Positions 36,835 to 46,055 are shown, counted from the first letter of the stretch. The stretch is 64,000 bases of DNA from Bacteroidales bacterium (GCA_016939365.1 JAFGHD010000084.1:576-64575); one strand, 5' to 3'. Program-made: numbers and translations. The notes: generated by a model not told the origin, from the sequence alone.

Positions 36835-37275
36835 TCAATTGTGGATGATGAGGAGCTCGCCGTCAAAATCCGTACGGTATTGTTTCAGGGGGAGAGTTGC
36901 CGGCCCGTCGAAAGGACTGCCGTCGATCAGATTGAAACGGGACATGCAGCAGGAATCAATGGCGGTAATGCCCGAGGGCTCCACCTCCACACGGGCACAT
37001 TCACGTTCCGGATCGTAAGTGCATGTTCTTTCATATGCTGAGAAGGAATAGGTATCGTTCCTGTATAGGATGATCCCGCGGTATCCATGTCCGTTGATAT
37101 ACTTGAAACCTCCGATATTGATGAAATCGAGGCTGTTTGGATATAAAGTCACATAGACGTATACATTGGGTATGTCTGCCTTGGTACCATCGTCTTTTTT
37201 TCCGCAGGAGAACAGGGTAATGGTCAGGATGGCGGCCAGCACTTCAGCCCATTTGGCAATGGCTCTTTGGGGCAT
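36835..37275 (-). CDS. small lipoprotein, possibly a Rieske-like fold lacking the His ligands
   Basis: The ATG at 37275 gives MPQRAIAKWAEVLAAILTITLFSCGKK (lipobox LFSC). The segments ERTCTYDP and DSCCMSRFNLIDGSPFDGPATLPL resemble CxH...CxxH Rieske boxes with both His replaced. The upstream 138 codons of the ORF-track frame look non-coding. Confidence 0.55.
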   Translation of the reverse strand: MPQRAIAKWAEVLAAILTITLFSCGKKDDGTKADIPNVYVYVTLYPNSLDFINIGGFKYINGHGYRGIILYRNDTYSFSAYERTCTYDPERECARVEVEPSGITAIDSCCMSRFNLIDGSPFDGPATLPLKQYRTDFDGELLIIHN

Positions 37276-37347
37276 GATGAAGAGGCGATTTGATAACAAA
37301 GTTACGTTATTAATGCAAACTGTCGTTGTCATCTCAGCAATATCCGG

Positions 37348-37647
37348 ATGAAAATTGCAAGAATCCCTAAAAGGGCAATCCTTCTCTTCCTGACCGTGGT
37401 TATACTGATCCCAACCATGGAAAATTGCAGGAGCCATCAGGTGCTGGCAGCCCAACGACAGGCTGAAAGGGTTCAGCGCAATCACATCAGAGAGGAAGAG
37501 AAAATTCATCGTGCTGAACTGAAACAACACTGGAAAATGCAGGACAAGGAAACCCGGAAGCGGATGAAGAAATCGAAACGAAAGGCACGAAAGATGAACC
37601 GGAGGCTGAGGTACGAATTCTTTCTGTGGAGATGGCTGGGTTTTTAG
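37348..37647 (+). CDS. small bitopic, highly basic protein
   Basis: 99 aa. ATG start, N-terminal hydrophobic helix (AILLFLTVVILIPT), then a Lys/Arg-rich predicted helix (KETRKRMKKSKRKARKMNRRLRYEF). The stop lies 18 nt before the sensor kinase ATG. Confidence 0.5.
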   Translation: MKIARIPKRAILLFLTVVILIPTMENCRSHQVLAAQRQAERVQRNHIREEEKIHRAELKQHWKMQDKETRKRMKKSKRKARKMNRRLRYEFFLWRWLGF

Positions 37648-37665
37648 TTCAGCCGGAGGAACATC

Positions 37666-40600
37666 ATGGCCTGTTTTACGTACAACCATCCGATGCTTTC
37701 ACTTTTCCACAACAGGCTACTTCGCCACTTCACATCACAGGTTTGGATCATCAGCCTGTTGTGTCTGACGGCATATTCGCAGCAGCAGTTGACGGATACT
37801 AAATTCCAGAGATTATTCTCCGAGAACAGCAAGCTGGAAAAGGGCCTTTCCCAGAACTGGGTTTACTGCATTCTGCAGGATCAGATGGGCTACATGTGGT
37901 TCGGCACATGGGAAGGCCTGAATAAATATGACGGGTACAGGTTTATTATCTATAATGTCGATGACGGATTATCGGATCATACGGTCAATTGTATTCTTGA
38001 GGATATGGACGGGTATCTTTGGGTGGGTACGGATAATGGCCTGAATCGTTTCGACAGGAAAAGCAGCCGGTTCATTCAATTCTTCAATCAACCCGGGGAT
38101 TCGGCCTCCCTGGTGGACAACAAGGTGAATGATATCGTCCAGTCCCGTGACGGCCGGATTTGGATTGCGACGGCTGCCGGATTGAGTATGCTTGAACCGG
38201 GCTCTCATCAGTTCAAATCTTATTTTATCGCCCCCCAGGACTACAATAGCCTGAGAAGCAACTATTTTATAGATATTTATGAAGATTCCGGAGGTATCCT
38301 GTGGATTTCATCCACTTACGGCCTGATCAAATTCAATCCCATCCGGGGGCGCTCCACACGGTATTACAATATTCCTGGCGACCCCAATTCCCTGAGCAGC
38401 AATAATGTGAGGTGTGTCATTCAGGACAGGAATTCCAATTTTTGGATCGCTACCACCCGGGGGCTCGACTTCTTTTCACGGGAGGATCAGCACCTCAGTC
38501 ATTACAGGCAGGATCCTTTGAATCCGTCAAGCCTGAGCGGTAACTGGGTACGTGTCCTTTATTCAGACAGCAGGGGAAGGATCTGGGCGGGAACCAACGA
38601 AAACGGACTGAACCTCTTTGATCCGGCCACAAACAGCTTTATCCGGTTCCATCATCACATCAATGATGAAAGCAGCATCAGTAACAATAAGATTTACAGC
38701 ATTTTTGAGGACCGTTCATCCAATATCTGGGTGGGAACATTCAATGGTGTCAATAAGATCAGCAGTTATTCCAATGATTTCAACACGATCAGAAGGCTGT
38801 CAAATGATGAATACAGCATGAACAACAATATTGTCTGGGGTTTTGCAGAAGACAACCGAAATGACCTGTGGATATGCACTTCCGGAGGGATCAATATTTA
38901 CGACCGGTCTGGAGGGACCTATTCAAGTATCACTGCGGAAGGGAATAACGGTAATTCTTTATCCGGGAATGATACACGTTCCATTCTTTATATATCTGCG
39001 AGGAATGAATTCTGGGTAGGCACATACGGATCGGGCCTGAACCGGGTGGACGCGTTTACCCTCAGTGTGTCACGGTACCGGCAAGATCCAAATGCCAACT
39101 CCATCAGCAGTGATTACATCAACCAGATCATACTTGACCGGGCCGGACAAGTATGGATGGCGACCGGTAATGGTGTTTGCAGGTTTGATCCGGCCGACCT
39201 CCGTTTCAGGGTGTACCGCCATGATCCGGGAGACACCCTCAGCCTGGGCCATAACATTGTCATTTCCGCACTGGAGGATCAGAGGGGAATCCTATGGTTC
39301 GGTACCAACAACGGGATCAGCTGCCTGAACCTCAGCACAGAAAAGTTTCGCAGGTATCTGTCCGGGCCCGACCCTTCTGTCAACCACATTGTCTTTTGTC
39401 TCCACCAGGACCGGACAGGGAAGATATGGGCGGGCACATCGGGCTCCGGCCTTTTCAAGCTGGATTCCACCGGTCAGGTTCTCAGGCATTATTCAACGGT
39501 CGATGGGATGCCTAACAATATCGTTTATGGAATACTGGAAGACAAGGAAGGGAACCTTTGGCTCAGTACCAACAGGGGTTTATCGAAATTTTATGTCATC
39601 GGGGAGCGGTTTGTCAATTATGATGTCACCGACGGACTTCAAAGCAATGAATTCAACCTGGGTGCAGCCTTCCACGGAACCGGCGGAGAATTGTATTTCG
39701 GGGGCATGAACGGGTACAACGTTTTTTATCCGGAACGGATCATCCATAATCCCAACAAGCCACAGGTGGTGATCACTGCCTTCCGGAAGTTCAATGAGAT
39801 ACAACCCGGGGAGTTCCTTCACCAGGATACCGTGGTGTTAAGCCACGACGACAATTTCTTTTCTTTTGAGATCTCCGCACTCGATTATACCAATCCCTCA
39901 AGGAACAGATACAGGTATATGCTTGAAAACTTTGACGGGGAATGGACCTACACGGATGCCGGCAACCGCATTGCCGAATACAAGAAGGTAAGGCCCGGAA
40001 CCTATGTATTCCGTGCCAACGGCACCAATAATGACGGGGTCTGGGCAAACGAGGACATCCGGGCTTTTGTCATTGTGAAACCACCCTGGTTTCATTCCTG
40101 GGCATTCAGAATCCCATCCGGCATCATTCTCCTCGTCGCCGGCTGGTGGCTGGTTCATAACCGGATACGCCGTATCAGGCAAAAACATGAAGTCGAAAGA
40201 CATATGCTCGAGATAGAAAAACAAAAGTTTGACCTGGAGCAGAAAGCGCTCAGGTTGCAGATGAATCCCCATTTCATCTTCAATTCGCTGAACTCCATTC
40301 AGAGCTATATCATCGAACATGATTCACAGTCTGCCATTCTCTATCTATGGAAATTCTCACAACTCATGAGGCTTATTCTGACCAACTCGGCCAATAAATT
40401 CGTCCCCCTGAAGGATGAACTCAAATCGCTCACTTATTATATGGATCTGGAACAGCTCCGGTTTGAAGGCAAGTTTGATTATGAGGTAATAGTGGCACCG
40501 GATATCGATGAAGAGTTTGTTGAGATACCCCCCATGATCATTCAGCCTTATGTTGAGAATGCCATCATTCATGGGATTGTCCACAAATCCGGGAAAGGTC

Positions 40601-40869
40601 ATCTGAAGTTGCAGTTCACACATGAGGATGGCCGTTTGCTCTGTGTTGTGGAGGATAATGGCATCGGCAGGGAAAAAGCAGCCGAGATCGCCCTGCAGGA
40701 TGGTCTTAAAAAGAAGTCACGCGGTATGATGATCACCAAGGCAAGACTCGATATACTGAAACATCAGACCGATGAAGCCTACGAGGTGAAAGTACTGGAT
40801 CTCAGGGATCAATCCGGAGCTCCGGCCGGCACACGTGTCGAACTGGTCATTCAATTTCATGAGGGATAA
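37666..40869 (+). CDS. beta-propeller (two-component regulator propeller / Y_Y_Y) sensor histidine kinase of the LytS/His_kinase (PF06580-like) type
   Basis: 1067 aa. Signal peptide. About 14 repeats of the W.GT..GL..(F/Y) propeller blade motif. Y_Y_Y-type Ig domain (YRYMLENFDGEWTY). TM helix. LQMNPHFIFNSLNSIQ H-box typical of LytS-family kinases. HATPase region (QPYVENAIIHG, DNGIG). Confidence 0.92.
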   Translation: MACFTYNHPMLSLFHNRLLRHFTSQVWIISLLCLTAYSQQQLTDTKFQRLFSENSKLEKGLSQNWVYCILQDQMGYMWFGTWEGLNKYDGYRFIIYNVDDGLSDHTVNCILEDMDGYLWVGTDNGLNRFDRKSSRFIQFFNQPGDSASLVDNKVNDIVQSRDGRIWIATAAGLSMLEPGSHQFKSYFIAPQDYNSLRSNYFIDIYEDSGGILWISSTYGLIKFNPIRGRSTRYYNIPGDPNSLSSNNVRCVIQDRNSNFWIATTRGLDFFSREDQHLSHYRQDPLNPSSLSGNWVRVLYSDSRGRIWAGTNENGLNLFDPATNSFIRFHHHINDESSISNNKIYSIFEDRSSNIWVGTFNGVNKISSYSNDFNTIRRLSNDEYSMNNNIVWGFAEDNRNDLWICTSGGINIYDRSGGTYSSITAEGNNGNSLSGNDTRSILYISARNEFWVGTYGSGLNRVDAFTLSVSRYRQDPNANSISSDYINQIILDRAGQVWMATGNGVCRFDPADLRFRVYRHDPGDTLSLGHNIVISALEDQRGILWFGTNNGISCLNLSTEKFRRYLSGPDPSVNHIVFCLHQDRTGKIWAGTSGSGLFKLDSTGQVLRHYSTVDGMPNNIVYGILEDKEGNLWLSTNRGLSKFYVIGERFVNYDVTDGLQSNEFNLGAAFHGTGGELYFGGMNGYNVFYPERIIHNPNKPQVVITAFRKFNEIQPGEFLHQDTVVLSHDDNFFSFEISALDYTNPSRNRYRYMLENFDGEWTYTDAGNRIAEYKKVRPGTYVFRANGTNNDGVWANEDIRAFVIVKPPWFHSWAFRIPSGIILLVAGWWLVHNRIRRIRQKHEVERHMLEIEKQKFDLEQKALRLQMNPHFIFNSLNSIQSYIIEHDSQSAILYLWKFSQLMRLILTNSANKFVPLKDELKSLTYYMDLEQLRFEGKFDYEVIVAPDIDEEFVEIPPMIIQPYVENAIIHGIVHKSGKGHLKLQFTHEDGRLLCVVEDNGIGREKAAEIALQDGLKKKSRGMMITKARLDILKHQTDEAYEVKVLDLRDQSGAPAGTRVELVIQFHEG

Positions 40870-40871
40870 AC

Positions 40872-41666
40872 ATGAACATGCAGGAAACAACTGAAAAAAG
40901 AAGCGAACCCACCCTGATCAGGGCGGTTGTGGTGGAAGATGAAAAGAAATCCAGGGAAACCCTTACCGGGCTCATACGACTGTTTTGCAAGAACGTGGAG
41001 ATCGTGGCTGAAGCCGACGGTATGCAAACGGGCATTGAAGCTGTGAGAAAACACCTTCCGGATATCATTTTTCTTGACATCCAGATGCCTGACGGAAGCG
41101 GTTTTCGTTTGCTGGAGGAGCTGGCTGGTGTGGATTTTGAAGTGATCTTTACCACTGCCTATGACCAGTTTGCGATCAAGGCATTTAAATACTCGGCCAT
41201 CGATTACCTGCTCAAGCCTATCTTCCCCGATGACCTTATGGATGCCGTTCGCAAGGCGGAGCACAAAATGAAAACCAAGCAGAATGCGCGTAAAGGGATC
41301 GAGGTATTGCTTGATAATGTCCGCAGGGCCGGGGACCAGCCCCCGAAAATCGTCCTCTCCACACTGGAGCAGCTCCACGTGGTTGGCGTGGATGATATCA
41401 TCCGGTGCGAATCGGACAATTACTATACCGTTTTTTTCTTCACCAACGGCAAGAAGCTCATTGTTTCCAGAACCCTCAAGGAGAATGAGGAGCTTCTGTC
41501 TGAATACAACTTCATCAGGCCTCACAAGTCACACCTGATCAATGTAAAGTATATCAAGGGATTCCTGAAATCCGAACATGGTCTGATCCTTATGACTGAT
41601 GGCAGCCGGGTTCCCGTTTCCAGAAGGAAGCGGGAATACATCATGGAAATATTGAGCAGCCTTTGA
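40872..41666 (+). CDS. LytTR-family response regulator (REC plus LytTR DNA-binding domain)
   Basis: 264 aa. REC domain (VVVEDE, phospho-acceptor context IIFLDIQMPDGSGF). C-terminal LytTR domain (IIRCESDNYYTVFFF...FIRPHKSHLINVKYI). The ATG lies 2 nt after the kinase stop. Confidence 0.93.
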   Translation: MNMQETTEKRSEPTLIRAVVVEDEKKSRETLTGLIRLFCKNVEIVAEADGMQTGIEAVRKHLPDIIFLDIQMPDGSGFRLLEELAGVDFEVIFTTAYDQFAIKAFKYSAIDYLLKPIFPDDLMDAVRKAEHKMKTKQNARKGIEVLLDNVRRAGDQPPKIVLSTLEQLHVVGVDDIIRCESDNYYTVFFFTNGKKLIVSRTLKENEELLSEYNFIRPHKSHLINVKYIKGFLKSEHGLILMTDGSRVPVSRRKREYIMEILSSL

Positions 41667-41691
41667 CTTTTTCTGCAGTCATTAGGTTTAA

Positions 41692-41725
41692 GCCGAAAAC
41701 TGATTTCAGTATGCCGAAAACTGAT
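41692..41725 (+). promoter_or_regulatory. perfect 13-nt direct repeat GCCGAAAACTGAT x2 with 21-nt periodicity; candidate LytTR operator
   Basis: Copies at 41692-41704 and 41713-41725. They lie 26 nt downstream of the LytTR regulator stop and about 18 nt upstream of a -7-like box. The repeat itself is certain; the operator function is inferred. Confidence 0.5.
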
Positions 41726-41742
41726 CGGCGCTTTTCATAGTG

Positions 41743-41750
41743 TAAATTTA
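41743..41750 (+). promoter_or_regulatory. candidate -7 box (TAAATTTA, one mismatch to TAnnTTTG)
   Basis: Located 30 nt upstream of the ATG at 41780. A second TATATTTA is at 41754-41761. Confidence 0.3.
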
Positions 41751-41779
41751 ATGTATATTTACCCGGAATTTTGTCAAGA

Positions 41780-42238
41780 ATGGAAGATTTCCTTATCATA
41801 TTACTCGGCCTGGCGTGGATCCTTTATTCCTTTTACAGCCGGGGCAAGAAAAGGAAAAAGGCATCAGCCCGAAAGGCAAACGAGGCACCCCGGGAAAAGC
41901 GTGACCCATCTCCGGAGAAGATCATCCAGGAACTGTTCGGGATTCCCTCAGGGGAACCGGTTTTTGAGCCCCCCCTGGATGATTCATATGAACCGGAGCC
42001 TTCTTTTAAGCCCAAACCGGAAGAGACTGCCAGGAAAATGAAGCCATTTCTGGATTCTGAAATTGAGCAATATCTTGGCGGCCGTTTTGCGGGCGAATCC
42101 CATTTCACAAGAGTCAGCCCCGTGGGATCGTTCATGCCGGAATCCCCTGAATCTGTGGATTTTGATCTCCATCGGGCGGTAATATTATCTGAAATATTAA
42201 GAGCACCATACATACATTCAGACGGGCATTTTTTTTAA
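41780..42238 (+). CDS. small bitopic protein with a basic juxtamembrane patch and a short EP/KP proline-rich spacer
   Basis: The ATG at 41780 gives MEDFLIILLGLAWILYSFYSRGKKRKKASARK..., then ...YEPEPSFKPKPEE... and a C-terminal AVILSEILRAPY segment. The ORF-track frame starts at TTG 41771. Confidence 0.55.
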   Translation: MEDFLIILLGLAWILYSFYSRGKKRKKASARKANEAPREKRDPSPEKIIQELFGIPSGEPVFEPPLDDSYEPEPSFKPKPEETARKMKPFLDSEIEQYLGGRFAGESHFTRVSPVGSFMPESPESVDFDLHRAVILSEILRAPYIHSDGHFF

Positions 42239-42335
42239 TTCGGCAGTAAAAAATTTTGGACGGTAAAATTTTTATTTCATAACTTTACCCACCTTTTGGA
42301 GGCGCAATGTATCATCTAACATAAATCTTCATGAT

Positions 42336-45300
42336 ATGTTTAGAAATTTACTATTGACGTTTGGAGTCATACTGGCGGCCAGCGTGATGGTTTTTTCGCA
42401 AACCGGTACTTTGAAGGGGAAAATTGTTGACAAAGAGACCAAGGAACCCATTCCGTTTGCGAATATTGTTGTTGAACTTGGCGGAACGCTGATCGGGGGA
42501 GCCACCTCTGATTTCGAAGGCAACTACATTATCAAGCCCATCACTCCCGGAAAATACGATATCCGGGCATCCTATGTGGGCTTCAGCCCGCTGTTGGTAC
42601 AGGGCATGGTTATTTCCGCCGACCAGATCAGGTTCTTCGACATTGAGATGCAAAAGACAGCGGAGGAGCTGCCCGAGATCATCGTGGAAGAATATGCCAT
42701 TCCGCTGATCAACAAGGACGAAACGGTGTCCGGCAACACACTGACCTCAGAGGATATTCAGAAGATGCCCAACAGGTCGGCCAATGCCATTGCTGCAACA
42801 GCCGGAGGTGTGGTCTCCCTTGACGGTGGTGTGAGCAACATCCGTGGTGCACGTGCCGACGGAACCATCACCTATATTGATGGTATCCGGGTTCTCGGAA
42901 GCGCCACACTACCACAGTCTGCCATTGAACAGGTATCCGTCTTCCTGGGCGGTCTGCCTGCTCAATACGGAGATGCCAGAGGCGGTATTATCAATGTCAC
43001 CACCAAAGGTCCGTCCAGGAAATTCGGGGCCGGTATAGAACTGGAGTCATCCCAGTTCCTCGATGCTTTTGGCTATAACCGATTGGGATTCAGCATCCAG
43101 GGACCGCTCATCAAGGGAAGGAAACAGCAGGAGACCTCCCTGCTCGGATACTTTATCGCCGGAGACCTGAATTACAACATGGACGGACGTCCCACCCACG
43201 ACGGGATCTATGTGGCTACGGATGCCACCCAGCAAAACATTGAACAGGTACCCCTTCGCCCCACCGGACTCGCCTCGGGAGGGGGAACATTCAGAAATGC
43301 CGAATTTGTCCGCCTGAGCGACCTGGAAAAGGTGAAAACCACACCAAATACATCGAATTACGGCGCCAGCATTTCAGGAAAGATTGACGTCAGGACTACC
43401 CAGACAACCAACCTGACTTTCGGGGGGCAATACAACTATACCTACGGCAATAATTACAGCTACTATTATTCCATGTTTAACAGTGACAAGAATACCATTA
43501 CAGAGAACACCACATGGAGGGTTTTCGGCCGTTTCACGCAACGCTTCCCAACAAGCCAGGAAAGCAAATCCCTGATCAAAAACGTATACTATACCCTGCA
43601 GGCCGACTTTTCGAAATCTCATGGCAGTTACATGGATCCGGATCATAAGGACGACATCTTCAAATACGGTTATCTGGGGAAATATACCACATATAAAACA
43701 TCAACCTATGAACTGGGTGACGAAGTGGTGAATGGAGTGCAGTATACGGATGTGCAGATTCTGAACAGCTGGGATTTTGATACACTTTACACCTTCCAGC
43801 CCGGACAGTATAATCCGCTCATTGCCAATTATACATCGCAGATATACGATCTTTTTCCGCTCCCGGGTGCCATACAGAATGAAGATGACCTGCAACTGAA
43901 GGGCGGCCTGCTGAACGGGCAGGGTCCCCCATCGGTCTACGGATTGTGGGGATCTCCCGGAGCTCTCCAAAGCGGGTACGGAGAATCAGACAATACACAG
44001 ATATCACTGAATGCCTCCGCGGCCGCAGATATCGGGAATCATGAGATCCGTTTCGGTTTCCAGTATGAACAGCGGATCAGCCGCGGATACAATTATGCCG
44101 CCGGCGCCCTCTGGACACACATGCGCGGTCTGACCAACTATCACATCCAGGATCTGGACAAGGCAAATCCTTACCTACTGGAGGAAGATGGCGTATTTCA
44201 GGGTTATATCAATTATCCGAGGCTTTATGTCGACTCCCTGCACTATGACTTCGACAAGAACCTCAGGAGAAAGCTCGGCCTGCCCGTCAACGGACTCGAC
44301 TGGATACTTGTCGATTCATGGGATTTTGAAAGCAAAACCATCCAGTATTATGACAAGGACGGCATCCTGAGGACCATCAACGTCGGTGAAGACCTCTTCA
44401 CCATTGATATGTTCAGCGCCGATGACCTCCTTTGGGACGGAGCCTATTATGCCAATTATTTCGGTTACGATTACAAGGGCAACAAACTTAAGGAAAGACC
44501 AAGCTTCGATGATTTCTTCACCGCAAAGGATGAAAACGGACTTTTCACAAGGGAGATACCTGCTTTCGAACCCATCTACATGGCTGGATATATCCAGGAT
44601 AAGTTCTCTTTCCGGGATCTGGTTTTTAATATCGGGGTGCGTGTCGACCGGTTTGATGCCAACCAGCCGGTGCTGAAGGATCCGTTCCTTTTCTATCCGG
44701 CATATACCGTGGGCGAAGTATCCACTCTTCCCAACGGCGAAACAGTGCAGCACCCGGGCAACATCGGCAGCGACTATGTGGTTTACATCGACAACAAGAA
44801 CGATCCCAGGAAGATCATGGGATACCGTTTTGAAGACACCTGGTACAACGCCAGCGGGATTGAGATCCAGGACCCCTACATCCTGGACGACGGCAGCGGG
44901 ATCACCCCTTATCTGAAAGATCCTGACCAGAAGAAGGTCAACAGTTCAGCCTTCGAGGATTACGAGCCCCAGTGGAGCGTCATGCCGCGTATTTCATTCT
45001 CCTTTCCCATTTCAGACGAAGCCCTGTTCTTTGCTCATTATGACGTGTTGACCCAGAGACCTACCAGCAGCGTTTACGCTGATCCCTCCATTTATTACTT
45101 CATCAATACGATCGGAGGATCGATCAATAATCCAAGCCTGAAGCCCACCAAGACGATCGATTATGAGCTGGGCTTCCAGCAGAAGCTGACCAATTCATCC
45201 TCCCTGAAGCTAACCGCTTTTTACCGCGAGATGAGAGACGATATCCAGTTCTACCGTTTCAACGGAGCCTATCCGAGGGATTATTATTCGTTTAATAATA

Positions 45301-46055
45301 TTGACTTCGGGACGGTGAAGGGACTCACAGTGACCTATGACCTGCGGCGTACCAATAATGCCAGGATCAATGCGAGCTACACCCTGCAGTTCGCCGAGGG
45401 CACCGGTTCCTCTACCACCACGGCACAGGCGCTGGTCGCTTCCGGACTCCCCAACCTGAGAACCACGAACCCGCTCAACTGGGACAGGAGGCACAACTTC
45501 AGCATCCTGATTGATTACCGGTTTGCCGAGGGCAAGGAGTACAACGGTCCCACCGTCAACCGGAAGATCAAGGGAACCGACAATGTGAAATCCACGCAAC
45601 TGCTCAAGAATACCGGTGTGAACTTCACCGTGACCGGTGGTTCGGGCATTCCCTATACCGCTCAGGAAAATATCCTGGCCTTCAATTCGGCCGGAACCCG
45701 GATCCTGAGGGGAACGATCAACGGATCCAGGCTCCCCTGGCAGTTCAGGGTGGATATGCGTGTGGACAAGGAGATTTATCCCAACTGGGGGAAGGAAGGA
45801 AAGAAAACCAATGCCTATATCGATGTGTATCTCCAGGTGCTGAATGTGTTCAATACCAAGAACGTGATGGCAGTCTATCCTGCCACCGGGAACCCGGATG
45901 ATGACGGATACCTTGCTGCCGCCGAATGGCAGAGACAGATCAATGAACAGATTGACCCGCAGTCATACCGCGACCTGTATGCCATCAGGATCAATTCTCC
46001 GGGCAACTACAGCGCACCGAGACAGATACGCATGGGGCTGCTTCTCAATTTCTGA
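42336..46055 (+). CDS. TonB-dependent-receptor-like outer-membrane barrel with an N-terminal CarboxypepD_reg domain and a plug; unusually long; no SusD partner
   Basis: 1239 aa. Signal peptide. GTLKGKIVDKETKEPIPFANIVV...GNYIIKPITPGKYDIRASYVGF (carboxypeptidase-regulatory-like fold). TonB-box-like PEIIVEE. Plug (NIRGARADGTITYIDGIRV...GGIINVTTKG). Long beta-rich barrel ending in the aromatic OMP signal ...RMGLLLNF. Confidence 0.88.
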   Translation: MFRNLLLTFGVILAASVMVFSQTGTLKGKIVDKETKEPIPFANIVVELGGTLIGGATSDFEGNYIIKPITPGKYDIRASYVGFSPLLVQGMVISADQIRFFDIEMQKTAEELPEIIVEEYAIPLINKDETVSGNTLTSEDIQKMPNRSANAIAATAGGVVSLDGGVSNIRGARADGTITYIDGIRVLGSATLPQSAIEQVSVFLGGLPAQYGDARGGIINVTTKGPSRKFGAGIELESSQFLDAFGYNRLGFSIQGPLIKGRKQQETSLLGYFIAGDLNYNMDGRPTHDGIYVATDATQQNIEQVPLRPTGLASGGGTFRNAEFVRLSDLEKVKTTPNTSNYGASISGKIDVRTTQTTNLTFGGQYNYTYGNNYSYYYSMFNSDKNTITENTTWRVFGRFTQRFPTSQESKSLIKNVYYTLQADFSKSHGSYMDPDHKDDIFKYGYLGKYTTYKTSTYELGDEVVNGVQYTDVQILNSWDFDTLYTFQPGQYNPLIANYTSQIYDLFPLPGAIQNEDDLQLKGGLLNGQGPPSVYGLWGSPGALQSGYGESDNTQISLNASAAADIGNHEIRFGFQYEQRISRGYNYAAGALWTHMRGLTNYHIQDLDKANPYLLEEDGVFQGYINYPRLYVDSLHYDFDKNLRRKLGLPVNGLDWILVDSWDFESKTIQYYDKDGILRTINVGEDLFTIDMFSADDLLWDGAYYANYFGYDYKGNKLKERPSFDDFFTAKDENGLFTREIPAFEPIYMAGYIQDKFSFRDLVFNIGVRVDRFDANQPVLKDPFLFYPAYTVGEVSTLPNGETVQHPGNIGSDYVVYIDNKNDPRKIMGYRFEDTWYNASGIEIQDPYILDDGSGITPYLKDPDQKKVNSSAFEDYEPQWSVMPRISFSFPISDEALFFAHYDVLTQRPTSSVYADPSIYYFINTIGGSINNPSLKPTKTIDYELGFQQKLTNSSSLKLTAFYREMRDDIQFYRFNGAYPRDYYSFNNIDFGTVKGLTVTYDLRRTNNARINASYTLQFAEGTGSSTTTAQALVASGLPNLRTTNPLNWDRRHNFSILIDYRFAEGKEYNGPTVNRKIKGTDNVKSTQLLKNTGVNFTVTGGSGIPYTAQENILAFNSAGTRILRGTINGSRLPWQFRVDMRVDKEIYPNWGKEGKKTNAYIDVYLQVLNVFNTKNVMAVYPATGNPDDDGYLAAAEWQRQINEQIDPQSYRDLYAIRINSPGNYSAPRQIRMGLLLNF

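Noticed and set aside
37276-37689. N-terminal 138 codons of the 284-aa minus-strand ORF 36835-37689
   Set aside because: A lipoprotein signal peptide starts at the internal ATG at 37275. The upstream part is Pro/Phe/Leu-rich with no protein-like character. It also overlaps a better plus-strand small ORF (37348-37647) and the kinase start.
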